Of a stretch of 22,390 nucleotides of DNA, positions 1 to 8,527 are shown one piece after another. Where the stretch lies: contig JBEIJY010000036.1 of the NCBI GenBank assembly GCA_040380025.1, positions 1-22,390 on the forward strand. Direction: 5' to 3'. The position numbers and the translations under genes are program-made. How positions within the stretch are numbered: position 1 is the first letter of the stretch; every line of letters starts with the position of its first letter. Origin of the DNA: Bdellovibrionales bacterium. GTDB taxonomy: Bacteria; Bdellovibrionota; UBA1018; CAIMNF01. The notes under the pieces are model-generated. The model searched no databases and was not told the DNA's origin. It saw only the letters and a program-made list of their open reading frames with translations.

Positions 1-1504
1 CGCAAATGCCGCAGGCGGATACGGTGCCTTCATGATTCTCAGGCGGGATTCGACCCAGGGCTGGGTGATTGAATTCGACTCCAAGGATCATTTCATCAGC
101 CCGGTTCAATATCCGAGCCTTTGGCCGAATGGTCAGGGCAAGCCGGTTCCGTTTCTTCCGCCCCGAAACAGCGGAGATCGCATGGGCGAATCGGTAGCCA
201 TTGCCGGAAGCTCGGCAGGAGGAGCCATTGCAGTGATCGGGGTTCCGGGAGCGGATGGTCCGTTCTCGAGTCCGGGGTTTTTGCAACCAACCAGTGGCAC
301 GGACATCGGGATGATCATCATTCTGAAGCGCTCGGCGGGCCCGAATGGCGGATGGAGCTTGTTTCAGTATCGGCCGTATCAGGTCGAGGCTCATACCTCG
401 CCGAACTGGCCCGCTCGAAGGGTGGGAGCGAACTGCCAGTTCGGACGCAGAGTCGCCATCGAGAAACGGTCTTTCTCGGAGGGACAGCCGACAGATTATC
501 CGATGATTCTCTCGAGTTTTGATCGGACCGCGGGGAACGCTGCCGACATGGGCGCACTCGTGCTCCGTTACATTCCACCCACCGGGAACCCGGGTGCTTT
601 TTGGGGCGGGGAATTTTACCACGACGAGCAGTACTTGCTTCAGCCTCGGGCGAACATCCCGGGAGGCGGCCTGAACCCGGATGAGCAGGTCGAGGGCATG
701 GCCATCACCCGAAGCTGGGTTGCGCTCGGAGTGCCGGCGCGGCAAGCGGTCATCAATAATGCGAACTTTCAGCGCGGGGGCGTTTACCTGTACTACCGCA
801 GGAAGGCGGCGGGCGTGGTGCATTCCTTTCAGGATGAGGCCGGATATTTCGGCGGTATGCGTGACAACACCGAACATCATCGTCAGCACGACGGTGCGAT
901 TCTCGACAACTCGATCGTACTGGATCACTCCCGATTCGGGGAGCGGATTTCAAGCCTCCGCCGCAGTCCACAGCCGGGAAACATCGGTGAGCTCGAGGAT
1001 GCGGTTCAAGATCGCATCGTGATCTCGGTACCGAGGAGGCCGAGTGGAAACTTAACGAACGCGGGAGAAATCAAGCAATATGCGATTACCTTCAATTATA
1101 GCAACAATTCCTATGTGAGTGCGGTCACCGCTCCGGCCAATCCGCTTTCGATGATTTCACCGAATCTCAATCCGCCGGCGGTGCAGAGCGATGACTATCT
1201 CGGAAATCGCGGGTTTGCGGCGATTCGCGAGGATACCGGCGAGACGCGGGTATTCGCCTCGAGCTATTTTCACCCTTACGGATTGGTTCAGGCGGACCCG
1301 CAACTCGCAAGTGCGGGGGCGGTGTTTCGCTGGGGGGCCCAGGGAATCACAAAAGGGATCGAGGCAAGCGGTACCCGTGCGACGTACCGGCAATTCGGAT
1401 TCGGGCTCTCGTTTTTTTATGAAGACGGAGTCAACAAGGGCATCTTGATCGGCGCGCCGGCGACGAATCAGACCATGGGCGCATTCTATTACCTGAAGGA
1501 TTGA
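1..1504 (+). CDS. FG-GAP/integrin-alpha-like beta-propeller repeat protein, 5'-truncated by window edge
   Basis: Frame is open from base 2 to TGA 1502-1504. Repeated F/MG-x-x-V-A...V/I-G-V/A-P units (GDRMGESVAIAG..VIGVPG, CQFGRRVAI, WVALGVP, SRFGERIS..VISVP, RQFGFGLS..LIGAP..GAFY) resemble FG-GAP repeats. Confidence 0.7.
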   Translation, partial: ANAAGGYGAFMILRRDSTQGWVIEFDSKDHFISPVQYPSLWPNGQGKPVPFLPPRNSGDRMGESVAIAGSSAGGAIAVIGVPGADGPFSSPGFLQPTSGTDIGMIIILKRSAGPNGGWSLFQYRPYQVEAHTSPNWPARRVGANCQFGRRVAIEKRSFSEGQPTDYPMILSSFDRTAGNAADMGALVLRYIPPTGNPGAFWGGEFYHDEQYLLQPRANIPGGGLNPDEQVEGMAITRSWVALGVPARQAVINNANFQRGGVYLYYRRKAAGVVHSFQDEAGYFGGMRDNTEHHRQHDGAILDNSIVLDHSRFGERISSLRRSPQPGNIGELEDAVQDRIVISVPRRPSGNLTNAGEIKQYAITFNYSNNSYVSAVTAPANPLSMISPNLNPPAVQSDDYLGNRGFAAIREDTGETRVFASSYFHPYGLVQADPQLASAGAVFRWGAQGITKGIEASGTRATYRQFGFGLSFFYEDGVNKGILIGAPATNQTMGAFYYLKD

Positions 1505-1528
1505 GAAGTTCGCAAATCTTGGTTTGAA

Positions 1529-2275
1529 CTAGATCATTTCAACCACCGGCCGCCCCGCCTTCTTCCACAAATCCGAGCCGGATTTCAGGCAGGTGTTCCG
1601 GGCGGCGGGGCCGGGATCGGGCTCCAAAAACGACATCCGCACGGGCTCGCCCTCCCGGAACAGGCTCAGAATCATCGCCGCGCACATCGCGCAGGGCTCA
1701 AGGCTTGAGTGAATGGTCGCCCCGGCGGGAAGCTCCCCGCCCCGTTGCGCGAAAATCGATCGCGCCAGATTCCACTCGGCATGAAGCGTCTGATTCGACT
1801 CGGCCGTGCTCCAGGCGTACCCCAGAAGCGCACCGTCCGGACCGAGCGCAAGCGCCGAAACGCGCTTGAATCCGCGAGCGTTCTCTTGAAGCGCACGCAA
1901 AAAAGGAGCCACCTCGTCCGGCCGGAGTGTGCGCGAGCCGGCGCAGTTGGCACCAGCGCCGAACTCCAGTGCAGGGGGGGCGTAAACCTCCACTTCCCGC
2001 GCAAAGGGCGGGCTCGGGTGCCGAAGTTCCCGATTCGCATCGCGATCGAGCATGCTCATTCGCTTGGCCGCGACTTTCACAACGCCCTCACAAAGCGGGG
2101 TGGGGGGATAATTCGTATGAATCCGCTCGCGAAGAATCGCACGCGAGCGGTCGGGAAGCATTCCGGCGATGCCGCTCACAAGCGCCGCAACCGGCGACGA
2201 AAAACGACCGCCGACGGTCGCATCACGCGAAACATACAGCGTATCTTGATGAATCAAAAAGGCCTCGCGAAGCAC
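1529..2275 (-). CDS. Zn-dependent nucleic acid/nucleotide deaminase, Bd3614-like
   Basis: Intact HAE (QTLHAEW) and PCxxC (LEPCAMC) motifs. An extra N-terminal domain (RIHTNY..LCEGVVKVAAKR) is as I recall for the Bd3614 clade. GTG start with GGGAGG SD upstream. Confidence 0.75.
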   Translation of the reverse strand: MLREAFLIHQDTLYVSRDATVGGRFSSPVAALVSGIAGMLPDRSRAILRERIHTNYPPTPLCEGVVKVAAKRMSMLDRDANRELRHPSPPFAREVEVYAPPALEFGAGANCAGSRTLRPDEVAPFLRALQENARGFKRVSALALGPDGALLGYAWSTAESNQTLHAEWNLARSIFAQRGGELPAGATIHSSLEPCAMCAAMILSLFREGEPVRMSFLEPDPGPAARNTCLKSGSDLWKKAGRPVVEMI

Positions 2276-2291
2276 GGAGTGCCTCCCGGGC

Positions 2292-2678
2292 TCAAAGCGA
2301 GCGCACGAATTCGAGGTACGCTCCGGCCGTCATCAGGGTCTCGAACTGCGCCTTCGCATCCGACGATTCGAGCACCAGCATCCACTCCCCGTGCGGGTTG
2401 GCGTTGATCCTTCCCGGCTCGGCGATCAGGTCGGAATTCGACTCGACGACCTTTCCGCTCACCGGCGAGTACAGATCCGACACGGCCTTGATGCTCTCGA
2501 CCACGCCGAAGGTCTCGTGCGACTTCAGCTCGCGGCCGGTTTTTGGGAGCTCCAGGAACACGATGTCTCCGAGACTGCTCTGCGCATGATCGGTGATTCC
2601 GACGCGAATTTGCGTGTCCGAAAGCAGTTCGGCCCATTCGTGGTCTTTGGTGTAGCGGTATTGTTCCGGATAGCTCAT
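2292..2678 (-). CDS. gcvH: glycine cleavage system H protein
   Basis: YTKDHEW, VGITDHAQ..LGDIVF and the lipoyl-lysine motif VESIKAVSDLYSP; AGGAG SD. Confidence 0.97.
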   Translation of the reverse strand: MSYPEQYRYTKDHEWAELLSDTQIRVGITDHAQSSLGDIVFLELPKTGRELKSHETFGVVESIKAVSDLYSPVSGKVVESNSDLIAEPGRINANPHGEWMLVLESSDAKAQFETLMTAGAYLEFVRSL

Positions 2679-2741
2679 GAAGATCTCCTGTGATTTACGG
2701 GGGTTTTTCTTGGTGTTGCTATTTGGTGTTATTTTGCCTGG

Positions 2742-3848
2742 TTACTTTTTTTCGAGGAACGGGGTCTTGCAGACTTCGAACTCATGAAAATCCTCGCGGA
2801 TCTTCACCCAAAGCCTGGTTCCGGGTTTCTCGCGGGTCTTGTCGATCCATGCGATTCCGATGGCGCGCTTCAGGCTCGGGCTCTGGGTGCCGCTCGTGAT
2901 CGCGCCGAGTTTCGTGGTGCGATCGGCATCGAACACCTCGTAGCCCTCGCGCGGAATTCCGCGGCCCAGGGACGCCACACCCACCAGGGCTTTTTTTGCG
3001 CCCGCGGCCTTGAGTGCCTCTACTGCGGGCTTTCCGATGAAGGTGCCCTGTTTATTGAGCTTCGTGATCCATCCGAGACCCACTTCGAGCGGGTTCGTCG
3101 AATCATTGAGCTCATGCCCGTAGAGCGCGTATTTCATTTCGAGCCGGAGCGTATCGCGAGCGCCAAGCCCGCAAGGAAGAAGCCCGTCGCCCGCGCCGGT
3201 CTCGAGGAGCGCCCGCCAGACTGCGGGGCCGTCATTCCAAGCGCAGTAAATCTCGAATCCGTCCTCGCCGGTGTAGCCAGTTCGCGCAAGAACCGCCTTC
3301 GCGCCCGCCACCGAGCCTTCGGCGCACCAATACGTCTTGATCGCCGCAAGCGGCGTTGCGGTCAGGCGTTGCAAAATGGACTCGGCAAGCGGCCCTTGCA
3401 CCGCGATTTGCGAAAACTCGCTCGAAGCGTTTTGAATTCGGGGCTTTGTGCCCTCGTAAGCCGCGAGCGCGCGCTCAAGATGGGCGAAGTCTTTTTCGGT
3501 GTTCGAGGCGTTCACCACGAGCAAAAACCGTTCGGTGGCGAGCCGGTATACGACCAGGTCATCGACCACCCCGCCCCGCTCGTTGCAAAACGCCGAGTAC
3601 TGCGCTTGTCCGATCGCAAGGGTCGACGGGTCATTCGTCGTGACGAAGCTCACGAACTCCATCGAGCCCGGGCCCTCGACAAAAATCTCGCCCATGTGGC
3701 TCACATCAAAGATTCCGCAGGCCGTTCGCACGGCGGTGTGTTCGCGGGTGACGCCGGAATACTGCACCGGCAGCTCCCACCCGCCGAAATCGACCATGCG
3801 GCCTGCAAGGGCCTGGTGTTCCTGGAACAAAGCGGTTCGTTTCAGCAT
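2742..3848 (-). CDS. gcvT: glycine cleavage system aminomethyltransferase T
   Basis: DFGGWELPVQY, FDVSHMGE, RTGYTGEDGFE and GLGARDTLRLE motifs. Confidence 0.97.
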   Translation of the reverse strand: MLKRTALFQEHQALAGRMVDFGGWELPVQYSGVTREHTAVRTACGIFDVSHMGEIFVEGPGSMEFVSFVTTNDPSTLAIGQAQYSAFCNERGGVVDDLVVYRLATERFLLVVNASNTEKDFAHLERALAAYEGTKPRIQNASSEFSQIAVQGPLAESILQRLTATPLAAIKTYWCAEGSVAGAKAVLARTGYTGEDGFEIYCAWNDGPAVWRALLETGAGDGLLPCGLGARDTLRLEMKYALYGHELNDSTNPLEVGLGWITKLNKQGTFIGKPAVEALKAAGAKKALVGVASLGRGIPREGYEVFDADRTTKLGAITSGTQSPSLKRAIGIAWIDKTREKPGTRLWVKIREDFHEFEVCKTPFLEKK

Positions 3849-3857
3849 GGGGGGACT

Positions 3858-4703
3858 TTAGCCCCTTCGACTGGCGGCTGCAAATGTGTTTTCGAGCAGG
3901 ACCTGAATGGTCATGGGGCCGACGCCTCCGGGTACGGGGCTCAATGCCGATGGTGTATCGCCCACCGAGGCGGTGTCGACGTCGCCCACGATTTTTCCGT
4001 CCGGGTTCCGGTGAATTCCGATGTCGACGACGACCGCGCCGGGTCTGAGCCAGCTCTGGTCGACGAGTCCCTTCGAGCCTGCGGCGACGAACACGAGCTC
4101 ACACAGGCGGCAGAGCTCCGCGGGGTTTTGGGTCTTGCGATGGATCTGGATCACGCTCGCATCCCGCGACAGCAAGAGTGCCGCGAGGGGCTTTCCGACG
4201 ATCGAGCTTCGTCCGATCACGCAGGCGGTCCGTCCCGAAACGGGAATTCCGTAATGATCCAGAAGAATCAGCACCCCGCCCGGAGTGCAGGGCAAAAAGC
4301 GCGGCGATCCGGTCACGAGGAGTCCCACGTTCTCGGGGTGCAGGCAATCGACGTCTTTTTCGGGAGTGACCCAGCGGGAGACCTCGCTTTCGGCGAATGC
4401 GGGCGGGAGCGGCCGTTGAATGAGCACTCCGTCGACATCGGGGTTCGCGTTCAGTTCGGCGACCTTCGTTCGCACTTCTTCGGGATCGACCGAGGCATCG
4501 AAGCGGATCGTCTCGCTGGTGAATCCCACCTTGATCGCCATGCTTGCCTTCCGACCCACGTAGATCTGGCTTGCCGGATCATCTCCGACCAGAACCACAC
4601 AAAGGTGCGGGGCGCGGCCCAGGCGCGCGCGAAGAGCCCGGGTGTCTTCCTCGAGCTTCGTGCGTCGCGCTTCGATCACGGGCTTGGCGGCAAGACGGAT
4701 CAT
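3858..4703 (-). CDS. folD: bifunctional methylenetetrahydrofolate dehydrogenase/cyclohydrolase
   Basis: VGDDPASQIYV, EKDVD, PCTP, GRS.IVGKP and SPVPGGVGPMTI motifs; ATGA overlap with the purB stop. Confidence 0.96.
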   Translation of the reverse strand: MIRLAAKPVIEARRTKLEEDTRALRARLGRAPHLCVVLVGDDPASQIYVGRKASMAIKVGFTSETIRFDASVDPEEVRTKVAELNANPDVDGVLIQRPLPPAFAESEVSRWVTPEKDVDCLHPENVGLLVTGSPRFLPCTPGGVLILLDHYGIPVSGRTACVIGRSSIVGKPLAALLLSRDASVIQIHRKTQNPAELCRLCELVFVAAGSKGLVDQSWLRPGAVVVDIGIHRNPDGKIVGDVDTASVGDTPSALSPVPGGVGPMTIQVLLENTFAAASRRG

Positions 4704-6001
4704 CCGGTCTCCTTCGTCGCCCGTGCCAGCACCTGCTCGAACTGCGTGCGGTAGTGCGCGCGAAGATCGTCGATCGAGACCGCGCCCAGATCGCAGCGGA
4801 TCTTGTGGGCCGAGGCCGATTTTTGAATCGCCCCGAGCATCTCGTCGAGCGAGTGCGACGAGAACGCCGCCGACTGCACGAGCGCATACAGGCTCTCGCG
4901 GGTGCAGGAGTTCTGCTCGATCAGGCGATGCAAGAGCAGGCTCGAGAAGATGCGATGATGCCCGAGCACGTGCCGTTCGACCTCTTCGCGATGGATGACG
5001 AGGTTTCGCACGGTCGAGGCGAGCCTCCGCAGGGCGTACACGAGAATCCCGAAGTGATCGGGCAAATACAGTCGCTCGGCGCTCGAGTGCGAGATGTCGC
5101 GCTCATGCCAGAGCACGATGTTCTCGAGCGCGATGCTTTCGTGCGACCGCAAGACCCGCGCAAGGCCCGTCAGGTTCTCGCTCGAAACTGGGTTCTTTTT
5201 GTGGGGCATGATCGACGATCCGGTCTGGCCCCGGCCGAATCCTTCTGACACCTCTCCCACCTCGGTGCGCTGAAGATGCCGGAGCTCGACGGCGATGCGC
5301 TCGATCGCCGAGCCGGTGAGCGCCCCGATCGAGACCATCGAGGCCACGCGATCGCGGGGAATCACCTGGGTCGAAACGGGTTCGGGTCTCAGACCGAGCT
5401 TCTTCAGGGCGCGCGCCTCGATTTCGGGAGTGAGAATCGAGTAATTTCCGACCGCGCCCGACAGCTGTCCTGTGATCGAAGTCAGGAGCAATCGTTCGTA
5501 ATCGACCAGGCGCCGCGAGAGCTCGCATCGGAATGAAAGGAACTTCTGGGCGAAGATCATGGGCTCGGCCGCCATGCCATGCGAGCGGCCGAGGCAAAGA
5601 AGGTCGCGGGTAGCCTCGATTTTCTCGTCGAGGGCATTCAGGACTTTTTGAAGGGCCGGGATCACAAGACCGATCGAGTCGCGGATCTGGAGCGAAAGCG
5701 CGGTGTCGATCACATCCGAAGAGGTGACCCCGAAATGAAAATACCGCGCGTGCTCGGCCGGCGCCTGCTCGGTGATGCTCGTGCAAAACGCGACCACGTC
5801 GTGGCGGGTGGTTGCTTCGATCTCGGCAATTCTTGCCGGGTCGATTTTCGCCGGGCGGAACGCATCGGCCGTTCCCGACGGAATCCTGCCGGTCTCCTCG
5901 AGGGCTTCGAGCAGTGCGAGCTCCACATCCAGAAAGCGTTTGAACTTCTGTTCCTCACTCCAGATCGCCGAAACTTCCGGCATGTCGTATCGTTTGATCA
6001 T
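4700..6001 (-). CDS. purB: adenylosuccinate lyase
   Basis: MIKRY, TRHDVVAF, HFGVTSSD, GRSHG, the fumarate-lyase signature GSSIMPHKKNP, and LWHERDISHSSAER. Confidence 0.96.
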   Translation of the reverse strand: MIKRYDMPEVSAIWSEEQKFKRFLDVELALLEALEETGRIPSGTADAFRPAKIDPARIAEIEATTRHDVVAFCTSITEQAPAEHARYFHFGVTSSDVIDTALSLQIRDSIGLVIPALQKVLNALDEKIEATRDLLCLGRSHGMAAEPMIFAQKFLSFRCELSRRLVDYERLLLTSITGQLSGAVGNYSILTPEIEARALKKLGLRPEPVSTQVIPRDRVASMVSIGALTGSAIERIAVELRHLQRTEVGEVSEGFGRGQTGSSIMPHKKNPVSSENLTGLARVLRSHESIALENIVLWHERDISHSSAERLYLPDHFGILVYALRRLASTVRNLVIHREEVERHVLGHHRIFSSLLLHRLIEQNSCTRESLYALVQSAAFSSHSLDEMLGAIQKSASAHKIRCDLGAVSIDDLRAHYRTQFEQVLARATKETG

Positions 6002-6010
6002 TTTCTCTTC

Positions 6011-6019
6011 ATCCTACCA
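6011..6019 (-). promoter_or_regulatory. candidate extended -10 promoter for the purB operon
   Basis: Minus strand reads TGgTAGGAT (TGnTAnnnT) 9 nt before the ATG; no clear -35 or SD. Confidence 0.35.
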
Positions 6020-6050
6020 CGATTCGGCGGGGTCCGCGTGCGAATTCCTT

Positions 6051-6079
6051 TTGCGGAGGGCGGGCGAATCGCCTACAAT
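6051..6079 (+). promoter_or_regulatory. sigma70-type promoter for the flgF operon
   Basis: TTGCGG (6051-6056)-N17-TACAAT (6074-6079). Confidence 0.6.
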
Positions 6080-6092
6080 CAAGAAAAGGCCG

Positions 6093-6111
6093 CGCTTCCA
6101 GGATGGAGGCG
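6093..6111 (+). promoter_or_regulatory. CsrA-type hairpin in the flgF leader
   Basis: CGCUUCC-AGGAU-GGAGGCG forms a 7-bp stem (one G-U) with GGA in the loop; further GGA in the SD. Confidence 0.55.
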
Positions 6112-6130
6112 GTCCGGTGGAGGAACAAGG

Positions 6131-6946
6131 ATGTCGAAGCCTCTTTGGCCCGCGGTTTCGGGGGCGGTCGCCCGCGACCTGCAAGTCGAGGTCATCTCGA
6201 ACAATCTCGCGAACGCGAACACGAACGGATTCAAAAAAGATTCGGTCGAGTTCAAGGAATACCTCTCCCAGACCGAAAAAATGTCGGACCTCACCGTCGA
6301 CATCCCCCGCTCCCCGATCAAAGACAAAGATTTATACCCCTTGGACGGTCGCGATCAGTCCTTCGTGATCGTGAACGGCACCCGCACGAGCATGCGAACG
6401 GGTGGACTCAAGGTCACCGACAACCCCCTCGATGTGGCGTTGAACGGTCCGGGGTTCCTCGAGGTCGCCACGGCGAACGGCGTTCGCTACACGAAGGCCG
6501 GAGCGCTGAAGCTCGGCGCCGACGGAAGACTCATGACGAGCGAGGGGCATCCGGTGCTCGCGAAGGGCGAACCCGGGAGCGATCCGGCCTCGCGTTACAT
6601 CAGCCTTCTGGGGCGCGACGGGTCCGTGCACATCAACGATCGCGGAGAACTCTACATGAACGACACGCCGGTGGCCACGCTTGCGGTCGTCGAATTCGCC
6701 GACGCGAATCTGCTTCGCAAGACCGGCGGCCTGTATTTCGAGAACAAGGATCCTGGGGCGAATCCGCCACAGGAGGCGACGGCCACGCCGGTGCGGCAGG
6801 GAATGCTCGAGACTTCGAATGTGAATCCGGTCGAGGAGATCGCGAATCTCATCCGGGCGAACCGGATGTTCGAGCAGGATCTGAAGGCCATGAAAACCGT
6901 GAACGAGATGCTTCAAAAAGAAGTGGTCGATCTCGGAAAGCTTTGA
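6131..6946 (+). CDS. flgF: flagellar basal-body rod protein FlgF
   Basis: ISNNLANANTNGFK, TDNPLDVAL.GPGF, QGMLETSNVNPVEE. ATG 6131 follows a GGAGG SD; gene lies directly before flgG. Confidence 0.88.
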   Translation: MSKPLWPAVSGAVARDLQVEVISNNLANANTNGFKKDSVEFKEYLSQTEKMSDLTVDIPRSPIKDKDLYPLDGRDQSFVIVNGTRTSMRTGGLKVTDNPLDVALNGPGFLEVATANGVRYTKAGALKLGADGRLMTSEGHPVLAKGEPGSDPASRYISLLGRDGSVHINDRGELYMNDTPVATLAVVEFADANLLRKTGGLYFENKDPGANPPQEATATPVRQGMLETSNVNPVEEIANLIRANRMFEQDLKAMKTVNEMLQKEVVDLGKL

Positions 6947-6966
6947 ACCAGGAAGGGGAATGAACC

Positions 6967-7752
6967 ATGTTGAAAGCGCTCAATACTTCGGCCACAGGCC
7001 TCGAGGCCCAGCAGGCGAACATCGACCGGATCGCGAACGATCTTGCGAACGTGAACACCGACGGCTACAAGCGCGAGACCACCGAGTTTCATGACCTCAT
7101 GTACGAAACGATCAAGGATCCGGGCGGCAGGCAAGGCGCCGCGACCGTGAGCCCGACCGGAATCCAGAAGGGTCTCGGGGTGAAGGTCGGTTCGGCGCAC
7201 AAGATCTTCGAACAGGGCTCGGTCAAGATGACGAGCAATCCGTATGATCTCATGATCGAGGGCAAGGGATTCATTCCGGTGACTCTCCCGAACACGGGCG
7301 AACTCGTGTACACGCGCACCGGGAACTTCAAACTCGACTCCCAGGGGCGCATCAGCCTGAGCAATGGGGCTCTTCTGGAACCGCCGATCTCGGTCCCGGG
7401 CGAGGCCTCGAGCGTGGTGATCACTCCTTCGGGCGAAGTCAAGGCGGTGACGGCCCAAGGGGAGCAGGCGATCGGACAGATCCAGCTCGCGCAATTCATC
7501 AATCCGCAAGGGCTTCTTGCGGTCGGAAACAACTTCTACAAGTCGACCCCGGCAAGCGGGCAGGCCCAGACCTTGGTTCCCGGCGAGGGTGGGACCGGCA
7601 CCATTCTGCAAGGCGCGCTCGAGACCTCGAACGTGAACGTCGCCAACAGTATGATCGAGATGATCGGAGCCCAGCGGGCCTACGAGATGAACACGCGGGT
7701 GATGAGTGTCGCCGACAAAATGCTTGAAGCCACGACAAACGTCGTGAGATGA
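6967..7752 (+). CDS. flgG: flagellar basal-body rod protein FlgG
   Basis: ALNTSATGLEAQQ, IANDLANVNT.GYK, YTRTGNF, QGALETSNVNV and AQRAYEMN motifs. Confidence 0.95.
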   Translation: MLKALNTSATGLEAQQANIDRIANDLANVNTDGYKRETTEFHDLMYETIKDPGGRQGAATVSPTGIQKGLGVKVGSAHKIFEQGSVKMTSNPYDLMIEGKGFIPVTLPNTGELVYTRTGNFKLDSQGRISLSNGALLEPPISVPGEASSVVITPSGEVKAVTAQGEQAIGQIQLAQFINPQGLLAVGNNFYKSTPASGQAQTLVPGEGGTGTILQGALETSNVNVANSMIEMIGAQRAYEMNTRVMSVADKMLEATTNVVR

Positions 7753-7764
7753 TACAAATAGCTA

Positions 7765-7782
7765 GAACTCAAGGATGGGTTT
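7765..7782 (+). promoter_or_regulatory. CsrA-type hairpin in the flgA leader
   Basis: GAACUC-AAGGAU-GGGUUU has an ANGGAN hexaloop; further CAGGA (7787) and AGGGA (SD, 7794). Confidence 0.5.
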
Positions 7783-7807
7783 GACGCAGGACCAGGGAGG
7801 GTCGAGC

Positions 7808-8527
7808 TTGAAATTCCGTTTCGGTTTGATTTTGTTTTTTGCGGCCCTCGGGCTCTCCTTCGGGTCCGCATTCGCCGGAGCGGAGGCCCCTTCCGCGCGC
7901 CTCGCAAGCCTGATGCGCGCAAGCCTCTCGGCGGTGATTCCCGAAGCGTCGCTTGCCATCCCCTCTCTCGAGCAGACCTGCTCTTCTCCGCCCCTTTCGA
8001 TGTTCGAGCGCTTTGATCGCGTGCGCCTCATCGAAGATCGCCCGAACGGATCGGCGCTCTTTGAAGTGACCGGGCGCACCTCCGCCGGCCTCGAAAAAAT
8101 CGAGCTGGTGCAGACCCCGTACTCGGCCTGGAAGAAAGTGCTCGTTCCGACTCGCAGAATTTATCCGAACACGCGTCTGCAAGAGGCGGATTTTCGCATC
8201 ACCGAGATGAACGTCGCCACGGGCGCGATCCGCGAGTACCGGGGCGCATTGCTTTCTGCCGAGGCACCTCTTGCGCGTCTCCAAACCAAACAGACGCTCC
8301 TCGAAGGCCGCTTTGTCACGACCGCATCGGTCGAGCGCCAGCCCGATGTGCGCCGGGGCGACACGGTCCGGCTCGATCTGGTTTCGGGCGATCTCTCGCT
8401 CTCGACCCAAGCCACCGCATCCGAGAACGGCTCGGTCGGAGACCGGATTCGCGTGATGGCGCCGAAAACCAAAAAAGAAGTCGTCGGAATCGTCCGCGAG
8501 GATCACTCGGTGGAGGTCGCGCTATGA
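7808..8527 (+). CDS. flgA: flagellar P-ring formation chaperone FlgA
   Basis: C-terminal PDVRRGDTV..ENGSVGDRIRV..VGIV motif. TTG 7808 after GGGAGG gives a signal peptide MKFRFGLILFFAALGLSFGSAFA (alternative ATG 7775). Confidence 0.85.
   Translation: MKFRFGLILFFAALGLSFGSAFAGAEAPSARLASLMRASLSAVIPEASLAIPSLEQTCSSPPLSMFERFDRVRLIEDRPNGSALFEVTGRTSAGLEKIELVQTPYSAWKKVLVPTRRIYPNTRLQEADFRITEMNVATGAIREYRGALLSAEAPLARLQTKQTLLEGRFVTTASVERQPDVRRGDTVRLDLVSGDLSLSTQATASENGSVGDRIRVMAPKTKKEVVGIVREDHSVEVAL

Noticed and set aside
2784..4754. 656-aa + strand ORF and other long antisense ORFs (e.g. 12046-13395, 15269-16261, 20621-21499)
   Set aside because: Shadow frames of well-supported genes in GC-rich DNA; no recognisable motifs.
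2679..6130. Glycine or ZTP riboswitch ahead of gcvT, folD or purB
   Set aside because: The intergenic gaps are too short or lack recognisable aptamer motifs.
5579..6130. N-terminal extension of flgF in the ORF track
   Set aside because: Overlaps purB antisense and the promoter; an SD-supported ATG at 6131 gives a normal-length FlgF.
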